A stretch of DNA of 64,000 nucleotides, from NCBI GenBank assembly GCA_964633325.1, contig CAZWFS010000001.1, positions 3,063 to 67,062 on the forward strand. The letters are read 5' to 3'. A program made the position numbers and the translations under genes. The stretch is from an uncultured Candidatus Saccharibacteria bacterium. GTDB taxonomy: Bacteria; Patescibacteriota; Saccharimonadia; Saccharimonadales; CAZWFS01. The first letter of the stretch is position 1, and every line of letters begins with the position of its first letter. The notes below the pieces were generated by a model. It did not search any database. It worked only from the letters and a program-made list of their open reading frames with translations, and had not been told where the DNA came from. Positions 39,567-48,274 of this stretch are shown here, in pieces.

Positions 39567-41118
39567 ACTAGTTGACCTAACGCAGCTATCCGCTGGTGAT
39601 CTGGAGCACATCCGTAGCTCTAAGCAAGTTCGCATGGGCATCGCTAGCCGTAGCCTGACCGGTTTTATGCATTTGTACTTCCCCGAATACATCACCCGAC
39701 CCACAGCACCTTTTCATCATGAAATGTACGGTTTGCTTGAAGATGAGGCCATCGATCATCTAGTACTAATGGCCTTTCGGGGTTCTGGTAAGTCGACCAT
39801 TGTTACCCTCGGTTATCCCATCTGGGCAGCCTTAGGCACACCCAGCAAAAAGTTTATTCTAATCGCCAGCCAAACCCAACCGCAAGCCCAACAGCATCTC
39901 AAAAACATTAAACGGGAGTTTGAGAGCAATGAACTGTTGCGAAAAGACTTCGGCCCGCTGAATGAAATAGCCGACGAATGGGGCTCGGTATCGTTGGTAC
40001 TTCCTAAGTTTGATACTCGCATCACAGCCGTATCGGTTGAGCAAAGCATCCGTGGGGTGCGTCACGGGCCTCATAGGCCCGATTTAATTATTGCTGACGA
40101 TGTGGAAGATAGTAACTCAGTGAAAACTCGCGAGGGACGTAATAAGGTCTTTGACTGGTATACCGGCGAAGTTGTCCCTGCTGGTGATACCAATACCAAA
40201 AGAGTTGTCATTGGCAACCTGCTGCACGAAGACTCTTTGCTGATGCGCCTGAAAGAGGCCTTTGCGTTAAAAATGATGCAGGGCGTGTTCAAATCATATC
40301 CATTGATTAAGCACGGCAAACCGCTGTGGCGCGGTAAATACCCTGATAGCCAGGCGCTGCGGCGTGAGGAGTTGCGGGTCGGCAACCGGGTAGCCTGGCA
40401 CCGTGAGTACCTGTTGGAGATACTGCCAACCGAAGACCAAGTGGTACATCGAGGATGGCTACGCTACTACGATGAGCTGCCCGAACTTAATCGTGAAAAT
40501 CCTGACAATACACTGCGTTACTACAACACCTACCTAGGTATAGATTTAGCGATCAGCCAAAAAGATACCGCTGACTACACCGCCATGGTGGCAGTACACG
40601 TGTTTGGATTCCAAGAAACTTTGAAAGTTTACGTTGACCCCCTGATTATTAACAAGCGGCTGACTCATTTGCAGACGCTGGAAACCATTGCTCAGGTGGT
40701 GGAATCCGTAGGTGATAAGTACAAAGTGGAAATTATTGTCGAGGACGTTGGCTACCAGTCGTCCGTAATTGAACAACTGCAGAACAAAAACTACCGCGTG
40801 GAACCGTTTAAAGTTCTGGGTGCTGACAAACGTGCTCGTTTTATCTCTGTTAGCCACTTGTTTGAATTTGGTCGGATCTATCTGCCTAGAGCTGCTTCCA
40901 AGGAACTAGCTAACCAACTGACTGGGTTTGGCGTCGAAAAGCATGATGACCTGGTTGATGCTATCGTCATGACCCTTGGTAAAGTGGTGAGTAAAGACAA
41001 ACCGATTGGTACCTACAGTGGAGTTAGGCTTGGCAAACATAGCCTCTGGAAAGATTTTGACGACTTCGAGAATGGCCGAGGCCGGTGGTCGCTTAGTCGG
41101 TTTGATCAGCAGTGGTAG
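39553..41118 (+). CDS. phage terminase large subunit
   Basis: FRGSGKST, RPDLIIADD, GIDLA...DYTA, HDDLVDA. Confidence 0.9.
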   Translation: MAVAELVDLTQLSAGDLEHIRSSKQVRMGIASRSLTGFMHLYFPEYITRPTAPFHHEMYGLLEDEAIDHLVLMAFRGSGKSTIVTLGYPIWAALGTPSKKFILIASQTQPQAQQHLKNIKREFESNELLRKDFGPLNEIADEWGSVSLVLPKFDTRITAVSVEQSIRGVRHGPHRPDLIIADDVEDSNSVKTREGRNKVFDWYTGEVVPAGDTNTKRVVIGNLLHEDSLLMRLKEAFALKMMQGVFKSYPLIKHGKPLWRGKYPDSQALRREELRVGNRVAWHREYLLEILPTEDQVVHRGWLRYYDELPELNRENPDNTLRYYNTYLGIDLAISQKDTADYTAMVAVHVFGFQETLKVYVDPLIINKRLTHLQTLETIAQVVESVGDKYKVEIIVEDVGYQSSVIEQLQNKNYRVEPFKVLGADKRARFISVSHLFEFGRIYLPRAASKELANQLTGFGVEKHDDLVDAIVMTLGKVVSKDKPIGTYSGVRLGKHSLWKDFDDFENGRGRWSLSRFDQQW

Positions 41119-41180
41119 AGCTAGGCTGCTAAACCCGCATTGTCCTAGCCTTCTCCTCTGTTGACAGGTATAATGCTGAT

Positions 41181-41281
41181 TGTCTAGGTCACTGATAAGC
41201 GAACGCGGTTCGCGTAGTTAAGCCATAGTAATGGGCAGCTACGTGAAAAGTAGGCTTAACGGCTTATCTGTGACCTAGACA
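41181..41281 (+). ncRNA. candidate structured leader RNA
   Basis: nested helices tgtctaggtcac/gtgacctagaca, gataagc/gcttatc, gttaagcc/ggcttaac; starts just after TATAAT at 41169. Confidence 0.5.
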
Positions 41282-41360
41282 GTTACTAGCGTGGCTGTCC
41301 ATTTTTATATAAGGGCAGCCTCCAAAACAACTAACTAGGCCTTCAGGAGGGGCTGTCAAA

Positions 41361-41816
41361 ATGAGTAAAGATAAAAGCGGAAACTGGTTCGGCAGGCACA
41401 AAATATTAACAGTAGTTGGTGTCCTTATTGTCATAGGCATCATAGCTAGTGCGGCTGGTGGGAATAAATCCAATACACAAACGGTGCCTAACAGTAATAG
41501 CAATACAACAACTACGGCACCGACCCCAGCTCAGCAAACACAACCGCAAAAAGAAAAGCTAACAATTAAGAACTCGACTTACTCGGAAACGAGCGGTCTC
41601 AAGCAGGTAGTCGGTGAAGTAACAAATAATGACTCCAGCCAGCACTCGGCTACCCTAAAGGCAACCTTCTACGACGCAAATGGCAAAATCTTAGGAACTG
41701 CCAGCGGCGCGGTCAACGAAGTAGCTCCAGGTGAAACCAAAACCTTCACGCTGATCACCGCCGACAATGTCAGCGGCTACAAGGACATGAAAGTTCAGGT
41801 CGACACACTGCTATAG
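41361..41816 (+). CDS. FxLYD-domain membrane-anchored protein
   Basis: N-terminal TM; GEVTN...ATFYDANG...PGETKTF. Confidence 0.85.
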   Translation: MSKDKSGNWFGRHKILTVVGVLIVIGIIASAAGGNKSNTQTVPNSNSNTTTTAPTPAQQTQPQKEKLTIKNSTYSETSGLKQVVGEVTNNDSSQHSATLKATFYDANGKILGTASGAVNEVAPGETKTFTLITADNVSGYKDMKVQVDTLL

Positions 41817-41842
41817 TATATTCAAACAAAGAGCTAATGTAT

Positions 41843-41864
41843 GGCCGAGCCTTCGGGCTCGGTT
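41843..41864 (+). terminator. UUCG-capped hairpin after the FxLYD gene
   Basis: ggccgagcc-ttcg-ggctcggtt; weak T-tail. Confidence 0.5.
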
Positions 41865-41896
41865 ATGGTTTGCTAATGCTAAACTACTAATGAACT

Positions 41897-42790
41897 ATGG
41901 ATAAACAAAAAAGAGCTTACATATACGCAATTAGTGCTGTATTGCTTTGGTCAACCGTAGCCTCAGCTTTTAAGATCTCATTACGCTATCTGGATACCTT
42001 CCAGCTACTTTTCTTTGCAGCCCTGTCATCCACGTTGATATTGTTCCTCATACTGCAATTACAACACAAGCTAGAGCTGCTTAAACAGACTACTAGTAAG
42101 GACTACCTGCATTCTGCCCTTTTTGGCTTATTGAACCCTTTCTTGTATTACATAATCCTCTTTAAGGCCTATGATTTGCTCCCCGCTCAAGAAGCCCAAC
42201 CTTTGAACTACATTTGGGCCGTTATGCTGGTTATCTTGTCCATCCCCCTTCTTAAACAAAAGATTAGCTTAAAAAGTACCCTAGCTATCCTTATTAGTTT
42301 CTTTGGAGTATTCGTCATTGCAACTCATGGAAATGTTCTTGGATTTAGGTTTACAAACATAGGCGGTGCTTCATTAGCTATCGGTAGTTCTGTAATATGG
42401 GCCTTGTTTTGGATATACAACGTCAGAGACAAGAGAGATGAAGTTATAAAGCTCTTTTTAGGCTTTCTATTTGGGTTGGTGTATGTGGCAATAGCCACAA
42501 TCATTTTTTCAAGCCTGGCTGCTCCCGATATTCGTGGCCTCTTGGGAGCTATCTATGTTGGCTTATTTGAGATGGGAATCACTTTTGTCCTATGGTCTAA
42601 GGCCATAAAGTTGTCAGTTAATACGGCAAAGGTTAGCCGCTTCATCTTTCTATCTCCGTTCATATCCCTGATACTTATTCACTTTATAATCGGAGAGGAT
42701 ATTTTGCTTTCAACAATAGTAGGCCTTGTGTTTATTGTTGCTGGAATACTTTTGGAACAATCGGGCAAAAAACTTAGCGAAGCTAAGTGA
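41897..42790 (+). CDS. DMT/EamA family transporter
   Basis: ten TM segments in two EamA repeats. Confidence 0.9.
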   Translation: MDKQKRAYIYAISAVLLWSTVASAFKISLRYLDTFQLLFFAALSSTLILFLILQLQHKLELLKQTTSKDYLHSALFGLLNPFLYYIILFKAYDLLPAQEAQPLNYIWAVMLVILSIPLLKQKISLKSTLAILISFFGVFVIATHGNVLGFRFTNIGGASLAIGSSVIWALFWIYNVRDKRDEVIKLFLGFLFGLVYVAIATIIFSSLAAPDIRGLLGAIYVGLFEMGITFVLWSKAIKLSVNTAKVSRFIFLSPFISLILIHFIIGEDILLSTIVGLVFIVAGILLEQSGKKLSEAK

Positions 42791-43055
42791 TAGAAACCGA
42801 TTTTGGCATCCTCGGCGATTTACGTGTGGTCGCTTAGAGACTTCGAGTAGTTTGCTTATCACACAGAGAACCCAAGCTTAAAGCAAAAGGCCCTGAGGGT
42901 ACTGTAGATATTTGGCTCAGTAGGAGCAAAAGAATGGTATTTAGATAACCGGGAGAAAGCACGTCCGGCGATTGGGACTATGTTATCGCAGAACTTAAGC
43001 ACGCAAATTAGGCTGTAGTCACGGACGCTACTTTTACTCCCTTTTGCTTACCGTT

Positions 43056-44390
43056 CTATAAAAGCTGTTTACTTAATTCCGCAGGCCATTCTCGCCGGAT
43101 AAAAGGCATATACTGCACTTCTTCAGCTAGTTTTTTGACCAGCTTTTCAAGCTCGCTAAAGCCATCATCAACTTCCTTCTGCCCGATAACAACCTTGTGC
43201 GGCACGTGATCTTCGTGGGCAGCCTTCAGCCGAGAAGACACACTGATAGCCTTATCGTCTATTTCAATGCGTAGCGGTAAGTTCTCGTATTTGTTAACCA
43301 AATCTTGGCAATGCTTAACGAACTCGGCACCAACTGGTAACAATCTGATCTGCACCGGACTTACCCATAACGGCAATCCCTGCTCGAAGTTGTCGAACAG
43401 TATATACAAATATCGTTCAACGCCACCTGGAATGGCCGAATGGATGATGATCGGGTTTTTTGATTCACCATTCTCATCGATGTAGTGAATATTTAGTCGC
43501 CGGGCGTTATCAATATCAACCTGGATACAAGCTATTTCACGAGCCTGGCCGAGCTTGTCGATGACTTTGTAATCGACGTTGACGACCCAATAGCGGTCTT
43601 TACCGTCTTCTAGGATATTGACCAGCACATCAGCACCGAGTGATATCGGTATTTGCTCTATGTAGCCTTGGTATTCTTGCCAGACTTTTTCTGATGGCAC
43701 TTCAATCACGACCTGATAGCTACGATTTGCGGCAGCGACCGATTGGAGAATCTGCTCTTGTAACTTCGGGAACCAGTCAAAGGCCTCGGAAACATCCTTA
43801 AAGTAGGGGTGAATGTCTGGCATATAGAACCGTCTTTGCCGAAGCAGCATCATCATTTCGCCGCTTTGTTCTTGCCGATAGCAATCGGATAGTGAAAAGT
43901 GAGCGAACGGAAATTGTTTGTAGCTCAACGGTGCTTTGGAAGCTAGGTTGAACTGCGGATAGCTAGCATCGTAACTCATGACAATGTCTGACTTGCCCGA
44001 TTTGAACTGGTACAGCCGGTCGCCATATAACGAAGCGTAAGCATCAACCACCGGATGCTGAAGACTAAACATATTCGCGCCGTTGACCTCATAGATCGGT
44101 AAGCCGATACCATGCACGAGTTGTCGGGCGTAATCCTGTACTAACCGTCGCATCAGGTTGGCTTTATAGTTGTATTGCACATGGCCAATATCGGCATTCG
44201 GCTCCCAGTTGAAACCTAGTTTACTGGCGTGAGCAAGATATGCTGGCTTGTCGTTAGATTGGTCTACCAATACTTCGCCAAGTGCCTCTCGGCGGACAAA
44301 ACGAGCAAACTCACTGTTAATTTTACGCAGCTTTAAGTAATCGTCTATTTCAACGACCTGTTTTTGTTGGTTTAAGATAAAGTATTTCAT
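43056..44390 (-). CDS. thrS: archaeal-type threonyl-tRNA synthetase-like protein (catalytic and anticodon domains, no editing domain)
   Basis: motif 2 YRQEQSGE...RRFYMPDIH, VQIDI-like IQVDID, motif 3 HSAIPGGVER, LPLWVSPVQIR; upstream Thr4 leader. Confidence 0.8.
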   Translation of the reverse strand: MKYFILNQQKQVVEIDDYLKLRKINSEFARFVRREALGEVLVDQSNDKPAYLAHASKLGFNWEPNADIGHVQYNYKANLMRRLVQDYARQLVHGIGLPIYEVNGANMFSLQHPVVDAYASLYGDRLYQFKSGKSDIVMSYDASYPQFNLASKAPLSYKQFPFAHFSLSDCYRQEQSGEMMMLLRQRRFYMPDIHPYFKDVSEAFDWFPKLQEQILQSVAAANRSYQVVIEVPSEKVWQEYQGYIEQIPISLGADVLVNILEDGKDRYWVVNVDYKVIDKLGQAREIACIQVDIDNARRLNIHYIDENGESKNPIIIHSAIPGGVERYLYILFDNFEQGLPLWVSPVQIRLLPVGAEFVKHCQDLVNKYENLPLRIEIDDKAISVSSRLKAAHEDHVPHKVVIGQKEVDDGFSELEKLVKKLAEEVQYMPFIRREWPAELSKQLL

Positions 44391-44462
44391 TTGGAAACTC
44401 CATTAGGGTTAAGTTCTATTACCTCTGCTTGTCGCCCTAAATGGAGTTTTCCCTTGAGAAAT

Positions 44463-44488
44463 AAAAAACTCCCGCCGTTGGGAGTTTT
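44463..44488 (-). terminator. Thr attenuator terminator
   Basis: - strand AAAACTCCC-AACGGC-GGGAGTTTTTT. Confidence 0.85.
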
Positions 44489-44510
44489 CAATCATGACAA
44501 ACCCAACGGT

Positions 44511-44564
44511 CTAGGACGGTACCGTTGTCGTGGTTGATTGGCTTGAAATGATTGGATAAATCAT
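44511..44564 (-). CDS. Thr leader peptide MIYPIISSQSTTTTVPS
   Basis: ACC ACG ACA ACG run; ATG 7 nt after TATAAT. Confidence 0.85.
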   Translation of the reverse strand: MIYPIISSQSTTTTVPS

Positions 44565-44571
44565 AGAGTGT

Positions 44572-44622
44572 ATTATAGCACGAAACTTAAGTATTGACAA
44601 ATTTTTGTATAACGTGTAAGCT
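44572..44622. promoter_or_regulatory. divergent sigma70 promoters with overlapping -35 boxes
   Basis: + TTGACA-17-TAAGCT; - TTGTCA-17-TATAAT (TGn extended). Confidence 0.8.
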
Positions 44623-44629
44623 TGCCTGG

Positions 44630-44698
44630 ATGATAAGTTTAACCCAAGTATTATTTATTGTACCGCCAGCCCCTAGTAGTCACCGGAGGCTTTGCTAG
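44630..44698 (+). CDS. Pro-rich leader peptide MISLTQVLFIVPPAPSSHRRLC
   Basis: CCG CCA GCC CCT; ATG 7 nt after the -10 box; precedes a terminator and a proS-containing operon. Confidence 0.72.
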   Translation: MISLTQVLFIVPPAPSSHRRLC

Positions 44699-44732
44699 GT
44701 TTTAAATAACATAAATCCAAGAATCAGCGCAA

Positions 44733-44755
44733 GGCGGCCTCCGGGCCGTCTTTTT
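44733..44755 (+). terminator. Pro attenuator terminator
   Basis: GGCGGCC-TCCG-GGCCGTC-TTTTT; overlapped by CCGGAGGC/GCCTCCGG antiterminator pairing. Confidence 0.8.
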
Positions 44756-44780
44756 ACTTGCGCTGATTTACGGAGTAATT

Positions 44781-45752
44781 ATGTTAAATCTAAATATTGA
44801 ACGTGTCGAACTTGGCACGGATGAAATGCAAAAGCTAGTGAGACAAGGACATAGAGTCAGAGAAACCCCTCATCTTGGTGGTCCTTATTTTGGAAAATAT
44901 GCCTTAACACTAGGTGGTCTGGCAAGCGATGTTGTCCTAGTTGATACCATTAAGGCTGCCCGGGACAAGTTTGGTAAGGTCCAAGACTTGGCTGGAATTA
45001 GAATACTCTCGAATAGTGAGGGAGAACGTATCCCAGCTGCCGCAACAAATAACTTCGCTCTGGAAGCTACAAAAAAGAAAACAGCACAAGCTAGATTAGA
45101 TGAAGTAGCTAGTTTGGTAGAAAGTTTGGGAGTTGCAGGGGCTGAACGATTTTTTCAAAACGGTGCTGTTGATTTTGTAGCATTGCATACTCATTGCACA
45201 GAATCAGTCGTTGCTGACGGTATATCCGTTTCAACCTTTGCTGATTTATGGAGAAAATCGGGAGAGACCGCCAATGCCATGATGTTTTATATGGCAGAAC
45301 AAGGTTTGCTTGAACGCTGGTATGACTCCGAGGCAAAAGAGGTTATGGGAGTAAACGACACAGGCCAATCTGCCCTGCTAAGGAGTGAGGGTAGTTACTT
45401 TGATTCGTGTACGACAGTACACGGTGTGTTGCCTCCTGTGGAGGCTATGCTAGCAATTGAAGCCGTCCAGGCTGTAATTGACGGGCGAGATGTTACTTAT
45501 GACCATCTTTATGTTAGGAGTACGGAGTACACCAAAGACGAAGCGGTCAATGACCGTGTGCGTGATATTGCACTTGGTACTCTTGCGTTGCTGGGAGGTT
45601 TAAGTGGTCAAGTTTCCTATCGCTACATCATTGCCGATAACCAACTACTAGACGAGATAGGGGGCGCGAAAACTCACTTCGATATGTTAAAAGTAGGCCA
45701 AAGATTTGATGCTGATACACTTACAAGGAAATGGAGTGGTTCAAATGATTAA
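44781..45752 (+). CDS. hypothetical protein, first gene of the Pro-attenuated operon
   Basis: GGAG RBS; 323 aa; N-terminal RETPHLGGP only weakly HIGH-like. Confidence 0.7.
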   Translation: MLNLNIERVELGTDEMQKLVRQGHRVRETPHLGGPYFGKYALTLGGLASDVVLVDTIKAARDKFGKVQDLAGIRILSNSEGERIPAAATNNFALEATKKKTAQARLDEVASLVESLGVAGAERFFQNGAVDFVALHTHCTESVVADGISVSTFADLWRKSGETANAMMFYMAEQGLLERWYDSEAKEVMGVNDTGQSALLRSEGSYFDSCTTVHGVLPPVEAMLAIEAVQAVIDGRDVTYDHLYVRSTEYTKDEAVNDRVRDIALGTLALLGGLSGQVSYRYIIADNQLLDEIGGAKTHFDMLKVGQRFDADTLTRKWSGSND

Positions 45753-46463
45753 AACAAACTTACTGGCCAAAATTACTACACCTTCACCACATCCATCCAG
45801 CATAAAGATTAAGGATTGTGGCGACGATTTAGTGTCGTTAGACGACCAATTTACAGTCAAGCCATTTTGGCTTGATAAAAATGCTCTCGTTCGTGAAATT
45901 GAGGGTAAATACTACTTACCTTACATAGTAGAACATCCTGACTTTCAATTAAAAGTAAGGGCTGGTGTCCTAAAAGACTAATCATTGCCAGGGAGTATTT
46001 ACCCGACCATTGGCAAGTAATAGTCAAGGCAGGTTTTCGACCCCTAGGGGTACAGCAGTCAATGTTTCAGGACTTTCTTGAAAAAGTCAGAATCGAACAT
46101 TCTGACTGGAGTAGCAAAAAATGTCTCGAGTATGCTAGTCAATATATTTCAAATGCTGACAAGGTTATACCGCCCCATGTTACAGGAGGCGCTATTGATA
46201 TAGATGTCTACGACACTCTCAATAAGAAATTCGTTGATATGGGAGGCAAGATGTGTGAGCTTAGCGAGCTTTCACACTGTTTAAATAGCAAACTGACTAA
46301 AGCGCAGCACAGTAATCAGGAAGTACTGATTGCTGCAATGTGTAGGTCTGATTTTGCGCCTCTTTATTCAGAATGGTGGCACTATAGTTATGGCGACCAG
46401 CGGTGGGCAGCATTTTACGATAAGAAAAAAGCTGTTTACAACGCTGTTAATTCAGAAAGTTAG
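45745..46463 (+). pseudogene. VanX/M15-family D-Ala-D-Ala dipeptidase, split by a 1-nt frameshift
   Basis: GFRP..VQ, PPHVTGGAIDI, EWWHYS; frames join if one A is added in the A-run at 45972-45975. Confidence 0.8.
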
Positions 46464-46492
46464 ATTACAATTAACGTAACAAGGAAAAAATT

Positions 46493-47923
46493 ATGAGTGA
46501 TAAAAAACTACTACCTTCAAAAACTGACAATATTTCAGATTGGTATACTACCGTTATTAAATTAGCCGACCTGGCTGAATACGGCCCTACCAAAGGCACA
46601 ATCATAGTCAAACCCTATGGCTGCGCCATATGGGAATTAATACAAGAAACACTTAACAAGGAATTCAAAGCCAGGGGTGTTAGCAATGCTTTCTTTCCAC
46701 TTTTCATCCCTATGTCTTTTTTAGAAAAAGAAAAAGCGCATGTTGAGGGTTTTGCCCCAGAACTTGCGGTTGTAACTCACGCCGGAGGCGAAAAACTTGA
46801 GGAACCACTCGTAGTGCGCCCAACAAGTGAAACGATAATCTATGATGCATACTCCAAATGGGTACACTCGTGGCGTGATTTGCCAATCATGATGAATCAG
46901 TGGTGCAGCGTTGTGAGGTGGAATAAACGCACAATGCCCTTTATCCGTACCAGTGAATTTTGGTGGCAAGAGGGGCATACCGCTCATGCTACACACGATG
47001 AAGCAATTGAGTTGCAAAATTGGGCAATGCAAACTTATGCAAAACTCTACCGTGAATACTTTGCGATGGACGGATATATGGGCTGGAAATCTACTGCCGA
47101 ACGTTTTGCAGGCGCAGACAGCACGCTTACTTTTGAATCGTTAATGCCTAGCGGGAAAACACTTCAAGCCTGTACATCTCACGATCTAGGGCAAAATTTT
47201 GCCAAAGCGTTTGATATTAGTTTTCAGGATAAAGACGGTACTGAAAGTTACGCATGGCAAACAAGTTGGGGCATATCAACTCGTTCACTTGGTGGTCTCA
47301 TCATGGCACACGGAGACAATAATGGTTTGCGGTTACCTCCAAAGTTAGCACCCGTACAAGTTGCGATTGTGCCCGTTAAGGCAGAATCGGGTGTTGTTAG
47401 TTACTGCCAGGAAATTAAAGATGACTTGGAAAAACAGGGTTTACGAGTGATTGTAGATGACCGTGATGATGAGACGTTTGGTTTTCGGCTCAATAAGTGG
47501 GAAGTAAAAGGCGCGCCTATAATACTAAAAATAGGCGACAAAGAGCGTACACAGCAAACGGTGCTTGCTAAGCGTAGAGACAGTGGCGATGAAATATCTG
47601 TTGAAAAGACTAAACTTACCGACAAAATAAGTGAACTCCTTGAAGATGTTCATACAAGAATGTTCATTGAATCGCAGAGTTTCATAAAAGAAAATACACG
47701 TTCAGCTAAAACCTACGATGAGTTCAAGAAAGTCCTCAAAGAACACAAAGGTTTCATCAAAGTTTGCTGGAACGATAACCCTGAAATTGAAAAGAAAATT
47801 AAAGAAGAAACTAAAGCCAAAACCAGTTGCAGACCGATTGATCTGCCAGAAGTAGAAGACGGTGTAGACTTTTACACTGGCGAGCCAGCCAAACAACAAT
47901 GGCTCTTTGCTCAAAGCTATTAA
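46493..47923 (+). CDS. proS: proline--tRNA ligase (archaeal/eukaryote-like type)
   Basis: HVEGFAPE, VRPTSET, RTSEFWWQEGHT, QTSWG.STR, C-terminal AQSY. Confidence 0.97.
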   Translation: MSDKKLLPSKTDNISDWYTTVIKLADLAEYGPTKGTIIVKPYGCAIWELIQETLNKEFKARGVSNAFFPLFIPMSFLEKEKAHVEGFAPELAVVTHAGGEKLEEPLVVRPTSETIIYDAYSKWVHSWRDLPIMMNQWCSVVRWNKRTMPFIRTSEFWWQEGHTAHATHDEAIELQNWAMQTYAKLYREYFAMDGYMGWKSTAERFAGADSTLTFESLMPSGKTLQACTSHDLGQNFAKAFDISFQDKDGTESYAWQTSWGISTRSLGGLIMAHGDNNGLRLPPKLAPVQVAIVPVKAESGVVSYCQEIKDDLEKQGLRVIVDDRDDETFGFRLNKWEVKGAPIILKIGDKERTQQTVLAKRRDSGDEISVEKTKLTDKISELLEDVHTRMFIESQSFIKENTRSAKTYDEFKKVLKEHKGFIKVCWNDNPEIEKKIKEETKAKTSCRPIDLPEVEDGVDFYTGEPAKQQWLFAQSY

Positions 47924-48042
47924 ATCTTTTACAGTAATAACATAGATTAAATTCTGCAAATCGCTCCACTTTAGTTCGGCGCATTTCTTAGAATAACCTA
48001 AAAATTGACGGTTCACATAGTTTGGAGTAGTATAATCACACA

Positions 48043-48258
48043 AAAGCAATGAAGGGGTATGCCGCCCTGGAGCTGCCTGCGATGAGCAGTGCCGGAAGCT
48101 CAACCGTATAAATAGAGACACTGATGTCGACCAAGTCGGAGTCAGTTATTGAGGTCGCAAGCAGTGATGTTGCGACAAAAGCAAGATGGTAACACGAGTA
48201 GCCTCGTTCTTGCTAAGCACAGAGATGTGTTTAGTGGGAACGGGGCTATATTATTTTG
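48043..48258 (+). ncRNA. T-box riboswitch (Ala, GCC specifier), ultrashort Stem I
   Basis: antiterminator GCAAGA-TGGTAAC-ACGAG...CTCGT-TCTTGC, competing terminator, TGA/GGA K-turn motifs flanking AGGG-GTATGCCG-CCCT. Confidence 0.85.
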
Positions 48259-48274
48259 AAAGGAGATATAACAA

